A DNA stretch of 63,621 nucleotides, filler included, from Chiloscyllium plagiosum (Eukaryota): assembly GCF_004010195.1 (NCBI RefSeq). It is 3 parts of one record of this genome, joined end to end, with 100 filler letters (N's around TTAATTAATTAA, not from the genome) between each part and the next. Parts side by side here need not be neighbours in the genome. Positions count along the whole stretch, not along the records: positions 1 to 29,527 come from NC_057713.1; positions 29,628 to 55,287 come from NC_057713.1; 1 more part is not named here. One strand, given 5' to 3'. This document shows, in pieces, positions 26,064 to 39,240 of this stretch. The position numbers were made by a program, and so were the translations under genes. Under the pieces are notes generated by a model. The model saw only the letters and a program-made list of their open reading frames with translations. It searched no databases and had not been told where the DNA came from. The first letter of the stretch is position 1. Each line of letters opens with the position of its first letter.

Positions 26064-27439
26064 GTAAGTTACTTGCTACTTTACAGAACACCAACTAAAA
26101 TGTGACTTTTTTCTGTATGTTTTCCATGTGTTTTACCTCTTTCAAGTTTTTTTCATGAGTAAATTATGGACTATGGATGAGAAATACTGTAAACAAAGTG
26201 AAAACTTTCAGATTGAGTGTCAGTTGAGTACAAAATAATTGGAATCTCATGGCTTCTGTCCTATTTGTTGCTTAGGAGACTTGAATCACTTTCACAAATA
26301 AAGAATTGCTGATCTATGGATGTGGCATTACCCTTGAGAAGATGGTGACTTATTTTTCAAGTGTTATATCCTTATTATGCACACAATTTATAAAAGCCAT
26401 TTCCTTTTGATAGAAGCACACGGGTTAAGCATAAAATTGACCATTTTTCTTAAAATATCTCAGGATAGATTTCCTTCTTTAATGGACCTGGAGAATTGGT
26501 GTTCCATAGCTGCAATGAAGTGGAAAAAGTGATAGAATCTATTACATCAGATCTCCTTTTCCTCCTCAACACCATAAATTTCGTAATGTAATGCAAACTG
26601 GACTGTGTTTAATTTAATATTTTAATACTCTAAAGACTATCAGGCACTCCATCCAACTGACAATTCCTAATGTGAGGATTCCAATCAGGACCCTCATAGA
26701 TGGAGGGATAATCAGAGGCTGCTTAAAAATTTTACTTTGAACTTTCTCCCCACATGACAACTGTCGCGCACTCAGTGGCCCAGTTAAATAACAACTACAT
26801 TCATGTTTTCTGGCTGGACTTCAGCTACAATGTCCTGTCAGACCAGTGAGCCTGTGCTGGAAGAACTGGGACGAGAATAGTTAGGTGGCTATTTTTGACC
26901 AATGTAGATTCGCTGGACTGAAGGGCCTTATTCTGTACTGTAGACCACTCTGCATTTAATGGAACTGGGCAAGAAAATGGTACTCTGACAGGCCACACTG
27001 CGCAGACAAGCATATGAATTGGGAAGCAGAGAGAAAGGCCATTAGGCCCTTCAGGCCTGCTCAATAAGATTGTGGCTAATTTGTTTGTGTTCAGAATTCC
27101 ACATTCCCATCTATCCCTAATAACCTTTGATTCCCTTCCTGAACAGGACTCTGTCTACCTCCACCTTAAAAATATTTAATGACCCTACCTTCACTACAGT
27201 CTGAGGGAGAGAGTTCCAAAATCCCTCCGAGAGAAGCTCCCCACATCTCTATCCTAAAAAGGTGATCCCTAATTCTGCACTCAACCACAATATTATTTCT
27301 AAATGCATGTTCATCTTGTCAAGATTGTCCAGGATCTTTTAAACTTCAATCAAGTCACTCCTGATGTTCAGAACTCGAGTGAAAACAAGCTCAGTATATC
27401 CAATTATTCCTGTTAAGATAGCCATGAGTATTCTAGGTA

Positions 27440-29367
27440 TCAATGTATTTGCTCGTGCTGTCAGGGAGGGTTTAAGCTAGAATGACATGGGATGGGAACC
27501 TGAGTAAGGAGACAGAGGAGGGAGAAAGGAGACACAGGAAGGAGAAACAATGATAGAAACAAAAGGAAGATAAGAAGCAAAAGTGGAAGGCAGACAGAAT
27601 AAAGATGAGAAACAAATTGGACCACAGTGCAAAGTGAAGTTCTGGTGAATCAAAGGTAAAAAGGCAAATCTGAAGGTTTTGTATCTTAATGCTTTTGAAG
27701 CATTTGTGGTAAAGAGATAAGTTAACAGCACCAAAACGGTTATAATTTTGATTTCAGAGACATGCCTGCAGTATCATATTTGAAGGGATCACCCTTTTAG
27801 GATAATGATGTGGAGACTTTTGTCTGAATGTTGAAATATTTTGATTGAATATGTGAGCTAAACATACATTGCTATCATAACTGAGAAAGATCAAAAAGGG
27901 AAAGGAGATGAGTTTGCATTGTTAGTAAAGGAGTGATCAATGATGTAGTGAGGAAGAATGTTGGTTCAGAAAATCATGGAAACTGTATGAGTGAAGGTAA
28001 GAAACACTAGGGGCAGAAAATGTTCTTGGGGATTGTAAGAAAAGACATCGATCAAGAAGTTAGAAATGTGTGCAATAAGGATAATTGTAATCATGGGTGA
28101 CTTAAATTTGCATACTGATCAAACAAAACAAATTAGCAATAATATCGTTGAGGACAATTTCTTGGAGTGTGTACATGATTTGATTTTAGATCAGTACATT
28201 GGGGAACAAACCAGAGAACAGGCTAAACTACACTAGGTACTTTGCACTGAGAAAGGATAAAGCAACAACCACGCTGGAGTGAGGTCCTTTGGAGAAGAAC
28301 AACCATAATATTATAGCAATTATTCATTTCTGTCTGGCATAAAAATAAGAGGAAACGTGGCTCAACCAAGGTTTACAAAAGAAATTAGGGATAGTATTAA
28401 ATCCAATGAGGAGACACATTAATTTGCTAGAAAAAGCTACATATTTAAGGATTAGGACCGTTTTAGACTTCAGTAAAAGAGAACAAAAGCTTTATCAAGA
28501 GGGGAGAATAGACGGAGGATAAAATTTTGAGGAAAATAGAAACTGACCATAAAAACTTCTATAAACAGTTGAAGAGAAAAAGATTAGTCAAGGCAAATGT
28601 AGCTCCCTTACATTCAAGAGCCAGGGAAATGATCATGGGCAGCAAAGAATTGGCACATACTTCGATTTTGTCTTCAGAAAAGAGGGCACAAATAACCTCT
28701 CAGAAATGTTAGGGAACCAAGGGTCTGATGAGAGGATAGAATTGAGTAGAAAGAGTAAATTGAGTAAAATTTAGTAAGAAAATAGTGTTACATTTAAGGG
28801 CTGACAATCCACCAGGACCTGAAAATTCCAGAGTACTAAATGAGGTAGTCCTGGAAAGACTGGATGCATTTGTGGACATCCTCCAAGATTCTATAGACTG
28901 GAGGAGTTCCTACAAATTAGAGAGTGGCAAATATAACCCACTATTGAAAGAGGGGGGGGGGAAGAGAAAAAAAACTAACGAATTATAGACCAATAAGCTG
29001 AAAATCAATGATGAGGAAAATACTGGGGACTGTTATAAGGGACATGATTACAGAACATTTGGAAAGCATTAATGGGATTTAACAAACCAGCATTGATTTA
29101 TGATACATATATCAAGCTTAACAAATCATTTTTTAATGATGTAGCTAGTAGAATAGATTAAGGAGAACCAATAGATATGGAGCATTTAGACTTTCAGCAA
29201 GTCTTTGATAAGGTTTCTCATAAGAAGTTAGTGGGTTAAAGCATATGTGATAGAGTAATATACTACCATGGATCAAAAATTGGTTGACAAATGGGAAGCT
29301 GAGACTGTGAATAAATGGTTTTTTCCCCAAATGGCAGGCAGTGACTAGTGGGTATCACAAGGATCCG
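27440..29367 (+). mobile_element. Old CR1 LINE (ORF1 end to RT), heavily decayed
   Basis: ATCATGGGTGACTTAAAT (IMGD), KNFYKQLKRKR, GACTTTCAGCAAGTCTTTGATAAGGT (DFxKxFDKV), GTGACTAGTGG. Confidence 0.8.
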
Positions 29368-29527
29368 AAAATGTGTTGCTGGAAAAGCGCAGCAGGTCAG
29401 GCAGCATCCAGGGAATAGGAGAATCGACGTTTTGGGCATAAGCCCTTCTTCAGGAATGCCCAAAACGTCGATTCTCCAGTTCCCTGGATGCTGCCTGACC
29501 TGCTGCGCTTTTCCAGCAACACATTTT
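29368..29527. repeat. 160-bp near-perfect palindrome built from a Penelope-type terminal repeat
   Basis: 72-nt arms (29368-29439 and 29456-29527) with 2 mismatches and a 16-nt spacer. Contains a hammerhead-like motif on the minus strand. Confidence 0.9.
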
Positions 29528-29627
29528 NNNNNNNNNNNNNNNNNNNNNNNNNNNNNNNNNNNNNNNNNNNNTTAATTAATTAANNNNNNNNNNNNNNNNN
29601 NNNNNNNNNNNNNNNNNNNNNNNNNNN
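29528..29627. other. Assembly spacer N44-TTAATTAATTAA-N44
   Basis: Exactly 100 bp; the central 12-mer has stops in all six frames. Confidence 0.97.
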
Positions 29628-30222
29628 GAGTTGGGAGGTCATGTTGCGGCTGTACAGGACATTGGTTAGGCCACTGTTGGAATATTGAGTGCAATTCTGG
29701 TCTCCTTCCTATCGGAAAGATGTTGTGAAACTTGAAAGGGTTCAGAAAAGATTTACAAGGATGTTACCAGGGTTGGAGGATTTGAGCTATAGGGAGAGAC
29801 TGAACAGGCTGGGGCTGTTTTCCCTGGAGCATCAGAGGCTGAGGGGTGACCTTATAGAGGTTTACAAAATTATGAGGGGCATGGATAGGGTAAATAGGCA
29901 AAGTCTTTTCCCTGGGGTTGGGGAGTCCAGAACTGGAGGGCATAGGTTTAGTTTGAGAGGGGATAGATATAAAAAAGACCTATGGGCAAATTTTTCATGC
30001 AGAGAGTGGTACGTGTATGGAATGAGCTGTCAGAGGAAATGGTAGAGGTTGGTACACTTGCAACATTTAAGAGGCATTTGGATGGGTATATGAATAGGAA
30101 GGGTTTGGAGAGATTTGGGCCGGGTGCTGGAAGGTGGGAGTAGATTGGGTTGGGATATCTGGTTGGCATGGAGGGTTGGACTGAAGGGTCTGTTTCCATG
30201 CTGTACATCTCTATGACTCTAT
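29628..30222 (+). mobile_element. Young HER1-like CR1 3' end
   Basis: QFWSPSYRKDVVKLERVQKRFTRMLPG...RGDLIEVYKIM, with tail CTCTATGACTCTAT. Confidence 0.93.
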
Positions 30223-33200
30223 AAATGTTTCAAAACTAAGAACCTGTTCTGTTTCTTATGTTCTCCATTTAGGTTCACTTAAGTCTGAGTGATTAATACA
30301 GTCACATTCATTGTAAAACAAGAAGTTCTTCCTCCACTGAAACAATTCAGTCTATCAGTAGGAGCAGAACTTTGTCAACAGTTCGGGGGCAAGTCTGTCA
30401 TGTGGTGACAATGACACCATGCCCACTGTGTAGAACACATCAGATCATCCACCACTCAGCACATGAGCAAGCTTGAATAACGTGTATCTCACTATATTAC
30501 AGACTATGACAATGGTTATCTGGCAGAAGATGTTGACCAGAAACTGGCAGCTTTTGGTTTGCAAACATCTACTAGTCAAAGCCTATTCTTCAGGGGATTC
30601 AGTGGTGAGAAATAATTATTTTTGTCCTCATTATGTGAGGATCAAGAGAAGAGGGGGCTCAGAGGCAAGGGGAAGGTGGCTTTCAGAATCCATTCTCTTA
30701 ACCATCACTCCCTCCACTCCCCCCCAGATTGGGGATACTCGATGCATCTCCCCAACTTGGAAAGCTGGTTATCATGGTTTCAGGAAACTAACCTCCTTTC
30801 TCACTGACTGGGGAAGCAGAGATGACAAACATGAGCTCTGAAGTGGCCACTAACTGACCAGTCAAGGTCCATAACTGCTGGAAAGACAAAGCAGTTGCCT
30901 ATGGATCATCTCACTGCTGAATTAGTGACATGGTGAGAGCTTTGCTCCAGGGCATATTCACCCAACTGTTTCCCCTCCTTGCCACCTACTGGGGGGACAA
31001 CACCGTGCCCCTCATTTTACCATGAATTTGGTCACTGCGTCAACTTACCATTTGTTGCTGTTTGAGACTAAAAGAACATAAAGTGAACAGTAATCATTGT
31101 CGCACTGTAATTCACTTTAAATGCTCTGGTACGTAATGATAAGAGAACATTCCTAGTTATAGTTATATCTATAATTTGTGATGTATTTAACTACATCCTC
31201 AAGTAATCAAATATTTTACATGCTTTTCTGCAAACTGACTGGTGAACAATACTCTCTCATTAGTACTCCTGTTTCTTCTCTCCATTGTTGTCTTTTGTGG
31301 GATTCATGCCAAGAGGAAATGTAATCTCCCTATGCTATTTATTCTGCGCCGCAATAGTACAAGTAATGGAATATGAGACTACTCTAGGTTAAATTTTCCT
31401 GCTTACTTTCCATTTCTTCGAGTTTAAAAGTGTTTGTCCTTTGCTTGCCAAGAGTATGGGGAATAGGGGGCAAGAGCTCATGCACCATGTCAGTGGTAAT
31501 CCATTTATTATTTTGTCTACATACAACTCAGATGAACAAAGAATGGAAATAATGGACAGTATTTTGGTAAACATACTAAAAACCTACTGTCTGGTGTTGA
31601 AAATCATCACTGTGGAAGCAGCTTCACCACCTGGTCTGTAATGGTTTAGGAAAGTCCATTAGCACCTTCCAAAGCAACAAGTGCCAACCTTACCGTGACC
31701 TCCACATTTTAAGAATTCATTATTTAAAAATTGCACAACATTCCTGTATCCATATTTAATGGGGATGCTAACTACTTAAACAAAGAGTTTAAAGGTGATT
31801 TTAAAAGTTGACACTGCACACAAACACAATGGGTAGCCATTCTCTAACATCGCTGTCTGTAATTTTCTGGCTAATGTTCTATCGAGTGGAAAATGAGTCA
31901 AAGATTTCTGTTTTCCTGGCTTCAGATCATTACTTTTGGTATGTGGGGCGAAAGGAAGAATGCCCCATTCTGTTCTGTTTTCTTGAACATCATTGGTCAA
32001 ATAAAGCAAGTAGTGTCTTCTATCGTGTCAGTGTTTGCCCACTATAAATCAGTCTCAGAAAATGTGGATTCCTCAGATCCCACTGAGTACCACGAAATGA
32101 ATGTGTTCCTATTTTAAATTGTGTTTGTTATGTTTGATCCACCACATCAATAAGCCAGCAATAATCAGTATTCACATTTGCAACCAGGTTCACAATTGTA
32201 TATGTAATGTTGGAGATGCAAATTAAGAATTAAGAACTCTATTGAAAGTTTTAAGAATGGTCAAATTATATTCACTCGTTTCATGGTTTAATTATGTCCT
32301 GCTCTATTCAAAGCAAAATGGTTGGACTGTGAGCAAACATTGGCAGTAGTTCATAACAAAAGTACTGTCAAATTTTGGATTCAAGTCAAAGTTTTTCATT
32401 AATCAATTGTATGATTAAATGATCAGGGAAAGGATTTCTCGCAACAAATGTGAAAAGTTTCATTAGTAAATTCAGTGGAAAAATCAGAGATATTTTCCAA
32501 TGCTTTCCTATGTTTTGTTGGCAGGTATGAAGGAGAGTGGAAAATATCTAGACATTTTTGGCTGTAAAATATGAAGAAATTTTTCATTTCGGTACCATTT
32601 CAAAGTATTACTCAACAAAATAAAATGGTACTGGTTCCTTTTCCATGACGCATATTTCATGGGTGAATTAATCTTAAATACAATGATAAAGCTGTAAAAC
32701 GGCGTGTTGTATAGATTAACTTTATAAAAAATTAGCATTGACAGAGATTCAGGTATAGCAAGTAACTTTTTACACAGAAATGTAAATAGGAAATCTTGTG
32801 TTCAATGTATCCAAAGCTATAATCGGCTCCTAAATGCCACTGAGCTCAGTAGAAGAGGAATTGTGTCCAGAAAGATAATCTGAAGTCGCCCTGGGAAGAT
32901 CACCCTTTATAACAAGACAATGGTTCATTCAACATCAAAGCAATGTTGCTGGCAGAGCTGTGCAGTAAATTACACACAATCAGAAAAAATCCTGGCAATT
33001 AAAGTGTCGCCAACAAAGGCTAGGAAAATATTTACAGGTGGCTGCGTTTAATCAAGTTACTTTCTCCAATGTGATCTGTCCACCGAGGTTAAGTCCACAC
33101 ACATCCAGGAAGCACACAGAGTAGATGTTTGGCTTCTCCGTATAATTTCCTATACTGGAACGATGGATACAGCTGCTACAATGGAAACAGTTATCTAAAT

Positions 33201-36098
33201 TACTGAGAGATTTCCCCCAACACACCAATTCCTGGAGACGTGCGTGCTTTGCTTTTTTTTGAGTTAAGGATACATAGTACAAATACTTGTATTGGCTTAG
33301 TTACTTACTTCAAAAGACACTGGTCCTCTAGGCAGATGTTACCCTTGCCCCACTTTGGACTAATTATCAAACTAGAGGGCAATTCAAAGCCCTAATGGGA
33401 AATCCTTGCTAGAAAGACTACCAAATCATTGCATGGTAAGACTTAACTGGGATTTGCTTACTGCATCTTTTGGGTGACCATGTGTTGCCTAGGGAGAAAG
33501 GAAACACTTTTTTCAAAAAACATTTTCTGCTCTGCTTCTTGGGCCAATAAATAATAGAATCAAAACATTTGCACAGTCCCGTGGCATAGATAAAAAAACA
33601 GTACAACTTGTGAATGACACATACTGGTCAGACCTGTCTTGTATACCTCAAACAGTAGGCCAGCTCATTCATTTCTAACTAATACTGATTTCTAAAAACA
33701 GTTTATTCCCTTTGGGATAGAATAGTCTACTTCTCTCATGGGCTGAAAATTAGTGTCTATATATTCTTGCTTTGTAAATGTTTTGTGTACAGTTCATTCA
33801 GACAAATTGCTGCAATTTACACTGCCAGAAACATCTCAGAAAACCTAGAATGTTGTTTACAGTACAATTCCCTGATTAACCAACTTAGTGCTTAAGGTGA
33901 TCAGGATATTGAATGGGAATTAGTTAAATGTCCAGCTGCTTAAGATACTCAACGTTCTCTTCCAACACATAAATATGAGCATAAATACTTTGCAGAAATC
34001 AATCAAATATATTAAATACAAACTTAATGCCTGTAACAATGTCTTCCAAAAGATAATTCCTAACTTGAGTCTGAAACCTGCTGGACATATTTAAATGATG
34101 CATTGCTAAAGGACTAAAATTGTGGGAGTTTCAATCATCTTTGGTGAATTCATTTCTTAAAACGATTGGGCTGCAACCTCCACAAATACTTTAACGTCCT
34201 AAGTTCTGCCCAGCATGATTTCAACTACACATATTAGGAAAATGGAGAATAATGTTCAAGTTTGTTCATAGGGACAAACAGGGAAAAGATATGGTTTTAG
34301 AATAATTTTAAAAATATTTGAATAGCCAAGTGCCAAAGTGCAGAGCAAACACAGCAAAATGCACATCTATTCAAAAGGGTAAAGGTAAAGTTACCATAGT
34401 CCTATGGGACCATAAGGCTATTCTTTCATTAGAGTGAGACAGCTGGTGGTGGTTCATCCTGAGGGTCACTATGCATTAGACAAGGGGAGAAGTCGAAAAG
34501 GAGAGTCCTTTATGGTAACTCTGCATGGCAAACCAGTTATACAGCTAACTAAGCTAACTGAACCCCCTACAGATAGAAGATGGGAGGTTAGAATCAAGGG
34601 ACTGAGAGGATGTGGCCATTGAGGGGTTTATATATGAGAATGAGAACATGGGGGAGGTTGATGGAGAAAGAGAAGGTGAGCCAATGTTCGCTCAATGGCA
34701 ATGGAGTAATTAAGTGTAGGCTCTGAGAACAGAAAGAGAAATGGCATTCCCCCAATAGACAACCCAAAAGCTGCCCCTGAATCACTCCCACTGTGTTGCC
34801 TCTTGAGTTGAAGGCAGGGTTACATCTACAGCACACACTCAACAAAATTGGATTTCTATTAGTGTATAAAAAAGTTAATTTAAGCTCTGCATGACAACAA
34901 AAATAGTCTATAAACTCAACCATAATAAACATCCAAATCTACTTAAAATGAGTCTTTATAAATGACAGCAAAGAAAAATCACAGCCAAAACAGCAGCAAT
35001 GTCTCCTGATTTTTAAAAAATGGTGATTTCTCTCACAAAATGCAATGACTGATAGAATATAACAAATATAATGTGTGTGTGTAAAGTCAGCTATTTACAG
35101 CAGTGTGGCCCCCAAGTGTGACTGATACAGAAATTACTCAAAAAATCTCCCCTAAGCCAGGAATAGTAGTGTCACTGTAGATGACCATCTAAATTGAACC
35201 AGTGCAGGAAGTTCAAGTAATAGTGAGCAATTCTGCAGACTCAAAATTTGATTGAGTTTGCTTCCTAATATTTGTTGAAATTTGAAAGCCTCAACATCTT
35301 AAAAAAAAATTTAAAGATCCACTCAAAAAGATTTCAAGTGTATGAAAAAAGCTTGAAATCTCAAAATTCCTGCTGAAATCCTATTTCCAGCCTCAAGAAA
35401 AGTTTTGACGAATGTTCTGCCTTTCTGGCAAATAACAGACCAGATCAATGATTACACAAGAATTAAAGCAGCTAAAGATAAATTTCTTTTTAAAAAAAGA
35501 GCACTTTGCTCTATCTTAATCAGATGTGTATTTACTGTCCATTTATCTGTAGGTTCAGAAACTGCATGAATAGCACTCATTGATCACTATTTTGTTATTG
35601 TGAAATTATTCACATTTGCAACCTCTAGTATCCAAATATATACAGTTAAACAGACAGATAGGAAACCTGTTGTTTGATTTGACTAGCACCTCTGCAAGCT
35701 TCCCTATAATTGCATCACACACAAAAAAAGAGACTAAGCAGCAAAATTCATGACAGGACACACATGCAATTTTACTTCACCATTTCCCATTTGACATGCC
35801 AGAAAACATCAATTTTTGATAGCATTGTTATATCTTAAGTACTGACAAACAACTTTTCATTGTCGCTGGGTCAAAATCCTGGAACTTCCTCCCAAAGGGC
35901 AATGTGGGCTAACCTACAGCATTTGGAACCCAGCAGTTCAAGAAGGCAGCTCCCCGCCACCTTCTCAAGGGCAGCTATGGATGGGCAATAAATGCTGACC
36001 AGCCAGCAACACCCAAGTCCCAGAGTGAATTTAAAAAAAAACTTTGCCTTCATTTCAAATTTAATCTGACAAGTATGAAGTCTTATTGCTTCAGATTA

Positions 36099-38384
36099 TA
36101 GAAACATCTTTACAGAGGCTGGTATCCCACCCCTAAGCCACCCTTTATTTACATGGTTAAAAATCACAACACCAGATTATAGTCCAACAGGTTTATTTGG
36201 AAGCACTAGCTTTTGGAGCGCAGCTCCTTCATCAGGTAGCTGCCATGTGGAGAGTCCTTGACACTGATCCAGCTTCCTCGGAACCAGCTATCAGAATGAA
36301 CAGAATTTCTGCCAGCCCTGTTTATATCCGTCAGCCAGAACTCCCTGATTGGACCAGATTAAGAGTCTTAATCAGGGAACTCATATTCTATGAGGTCCAC
36401 CTGGCTGACCTCGTTACAATCACTTCATCCTTCCACCTCTGAGTCAAGGACATAGGGCTGTTCTTTTTTATTGTAGCTCATCCTGGGGCATTTTAGCACC
36501 AGATCAGGTTCCTCTACTTTGCTTCTGATATGGGTGGCACGTAACGTACAGTAGCTCACCTCTTGCACTTGGAGTAACTCAGAAGAAATTCATTCTCCTC
36601 TTCAGGGGGCAAAGGCATTGAGGCAGCGACATTGGCCATGTCCATCTTATATACGAAGGTATATTCAACACATGACAGAGACACTGGATCTGGAACTATT
36701 GGAAAGGCAGTCAAGAAGCAAAACATGATTTGCTCCTGCATTGTTTGCAAGTTGGCAGCATTCATATGGTCTTGGATGCGTTTTAGGACCACCAGGGCTA
36801 TCCCCATGGTCCCTATACCAAAATTCATCCCCTGAAGTAAACTCTCTCTCTTGCTTAGTGGAGTCTTGGGTCCGGTACTGGTGTTCTTGATGCCATTTCA
36901 CCCTCCAAATCCCAGATCTGGGAAGATCAGATTTAACTTGGCATAGTGTCTTCTCCCCATTAGCAACTCTGCTGCAGTTGCATAAGGAATGGTCCTATAA
37001 TCAAATAGGAACTGGGTCAGTTTGGTATCTCATGAAGCTATAGAGTGTTTCTTTAAGCCTGCCTTCAAAGTTCGGACTACCCTTTCTGTCAGATTATTGG
37101 ATGATGGATGGCATGGAGCTGTCACTGTATGTAAGGGCGCCAGGATGGAGGCCAGGTTATGTATGAACTTTCCGTAAAAATTCATCAGTCCAAAGAAAGA
37201 CCTAAGCTCCGGTACAGATGTGGGAACCGGGGCAACTTTGATCACCCTCACTTTATCTTCTGACCTACTGTAACACAAGTAGGTCACTAGGGTGCCCGCA
37301 ACACATTTTTTACTTCTAAGACATTCGCCTGCCTGGCAGAAATGGCTAAAGACAATGTCCAAGTTCTCTAAGTGCTCCTTTTTGGTCTTCCCTGTTTAGC
37401 ACATCATCTGGATAAATGGTGATTGGGGGTGAACCTTGTAAAATGTTCTCCAACGTACACTGAAAAATTGCACAGGCTGGTGATACGCCAAATGTCAATT
37501 TTGTGTAGTAGTAGTACAAATCCTTGAGTAGTGAATGTATCATATTTCTGGGAATCCTCATCTTACTGCAGCTGCAAGTACACACAGCTCATGTCCAGTT
37601 TGGTAAAGAAAAGCCCCACCCCACCCAGTGAGGGTATCCACTTCCATCGAAATACCATGCAACTCATAAGCTCCACTTGCTGCATTTTCTAATAATAAAG
37701 CCAATTGTAGTGCCTGTTTGAAGTTCAGTAGGGCTTCAGCTAGTAGGCGCTTTTGCATGGTTACATCATTAATCTTGCATACCAAATGGTGTCTCAACAT
37801 CTCATTAAGGATTAAACCAAAGTCAAATGCCTCTGCCAGTCATCTTAACCTAGTCAAAACTTCCAATATGGATTCCCTTGGTTCTGAAATTACTGATTAA
37901 AACTGGTAGCATCTCAGAATTAGAGGAGACTTGGATCGTAATATTCTTTAACTAAATCCATCAACTCTTGAACAGCTTTCCTATTTGGTTCCTCACTGAA
38001 AGTTAGGCTCCTAATAACTGAAAAAGCTGTGGATCCACAAGCTGTCAGGAGAATTAATCATTGCTTTTCATCTGCCCCATTGTCATTTGCCTGGAAAAAA
38101 TAATGCATTCTTTCCACATACTGGGCACAGACTTCAAAAGCAGGGACAAAAGAGGCACACTTCCGAAATAATGGCACGATGCCAGAAATTCTTACCCTAT
38201 TCAAAGATAACTGTCACAAGTGAATTTCTTCAGGAGCATGCTTTTCCTTGGTTGCTATTAAAATAACTCCACAGTATCCCATCCCCAGATTACCCTTTAT
38301 TTACTCATGGCGAGGCCTTAATACTAATCCTGCTCTCTCAGAGACAGCTCTCAGAGTGAACAGATGTTTGAGACTCCTATTTAT
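36099..38384 (-). mobile_element. Internally deleted Ty3/Gypsy LTR retrotransposon
   Basis: 3' LTR at about 36099-36427 with PPT at 36428-36440, and a partial 5' LTR at about 38257-38384. Gag (LRHHLVCKINDVTMQKRLLAE), RT (LTFGVSPACAIFQ, IYPDDVL) and integrase (TAPCHPSSNNLTERVVRTLK) remnants lie within about 1.8 kb. Confidence 0.85.
36156..36243 (-). mobile_element. 88-bp Penelope-type terminal fragment with hammerhead motif, inserted in the Gypsy LTR
   Basis: CATG TSD at 36152-36155 and 36244-36247. Reverse complement reads UAC-CUGAUGA-A-GGAGC(UGC)GCUCC-AAAA-GC-UA/GUG, with GAAA mutated to AAAA. Confidence 0.75.
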
Positions 38385-39240
38385 TTCTTTTTTTTTTAAC
38401 CCCCACACTACTACCTAACTGCGGTAGTGCTTATTTTTCTCCCCAGCACCCATGGTATGTGTGTGCAGGTGTGAGACGCAGTGAGAGACACAAAGTGCAC
38501 GAATCTTTATTCGATTTCCACCACCAGGAAGATAGGAAAACACCCGGGTGGCCATGACAAGCAGTGCCCTTCACATCAAAGGGCAGTACTGTGTGATCAA
38601 GCAGTGAAGGGGAGGGCAGAGACTAAATCAAAAGAGAGTTGGAGGGGGAAATAATGCACTCCACTCCCTGTGGCGCCACCTCTCCCTGAACAACTCCAGG
38701 GTGTTGGTGGACACCGCGTGCTCCTTCTCCAAGGACACCTGGGCTCTAACGTAACCGCGGAAGAGGGGCAGGCAGTCGGCCCCTCCACGGCCCGCTGCCT
38801 GGACCTGCTGATGGCCAGTTTGGACAGGCCCAGGAGCAGACCCATGAGGCGGTCTTCAGACCTGCCCTCCCTCCTCTGTAGCGGGTGCCCGAAGATCAGG
38901 AGCGTGGGACTGAAGTGCAACCAAAAGCAGAGGAGGAGGTCTTTGAGAAAATCAAAAAGGGAGTGCAAACGCCCACACCCAATATACACGTGGTCCACGG
39001 ACTCCACAGCGCTACAGAACAAGCAGTTGGGCTGGGAGTCCGTGAACCACCGCAATCTGCGGTTGCAGGGGACTGCTGCGTGCAGCACCCCCCACCCCAG
39101 ATCCCCGAGAGAAAGGGAGAGGACTCCCGCGTAGAGAGCCCTCCACTGGGGATCCCCACCGCCCGGTGGCAAATGGGCACGCCAAGGCGTGTCCGGACGG
39201 TGGATGAGGGAGAAGAGGTGGACGGTGTGCAGCAGCAGCT
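38385..39240 (-). mobile_element. Tx1/L1-clade LINE 3' fragment
   Basis: ORF2 C-terminal CCHC zinc knuckle (CLFCSAVESVDHVYIGC), poly(A) tail seen as a T-run at about 38384-38397, GC- and CpG-rich. Truncates the Gypsy LTR. Confidence 0.85.
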
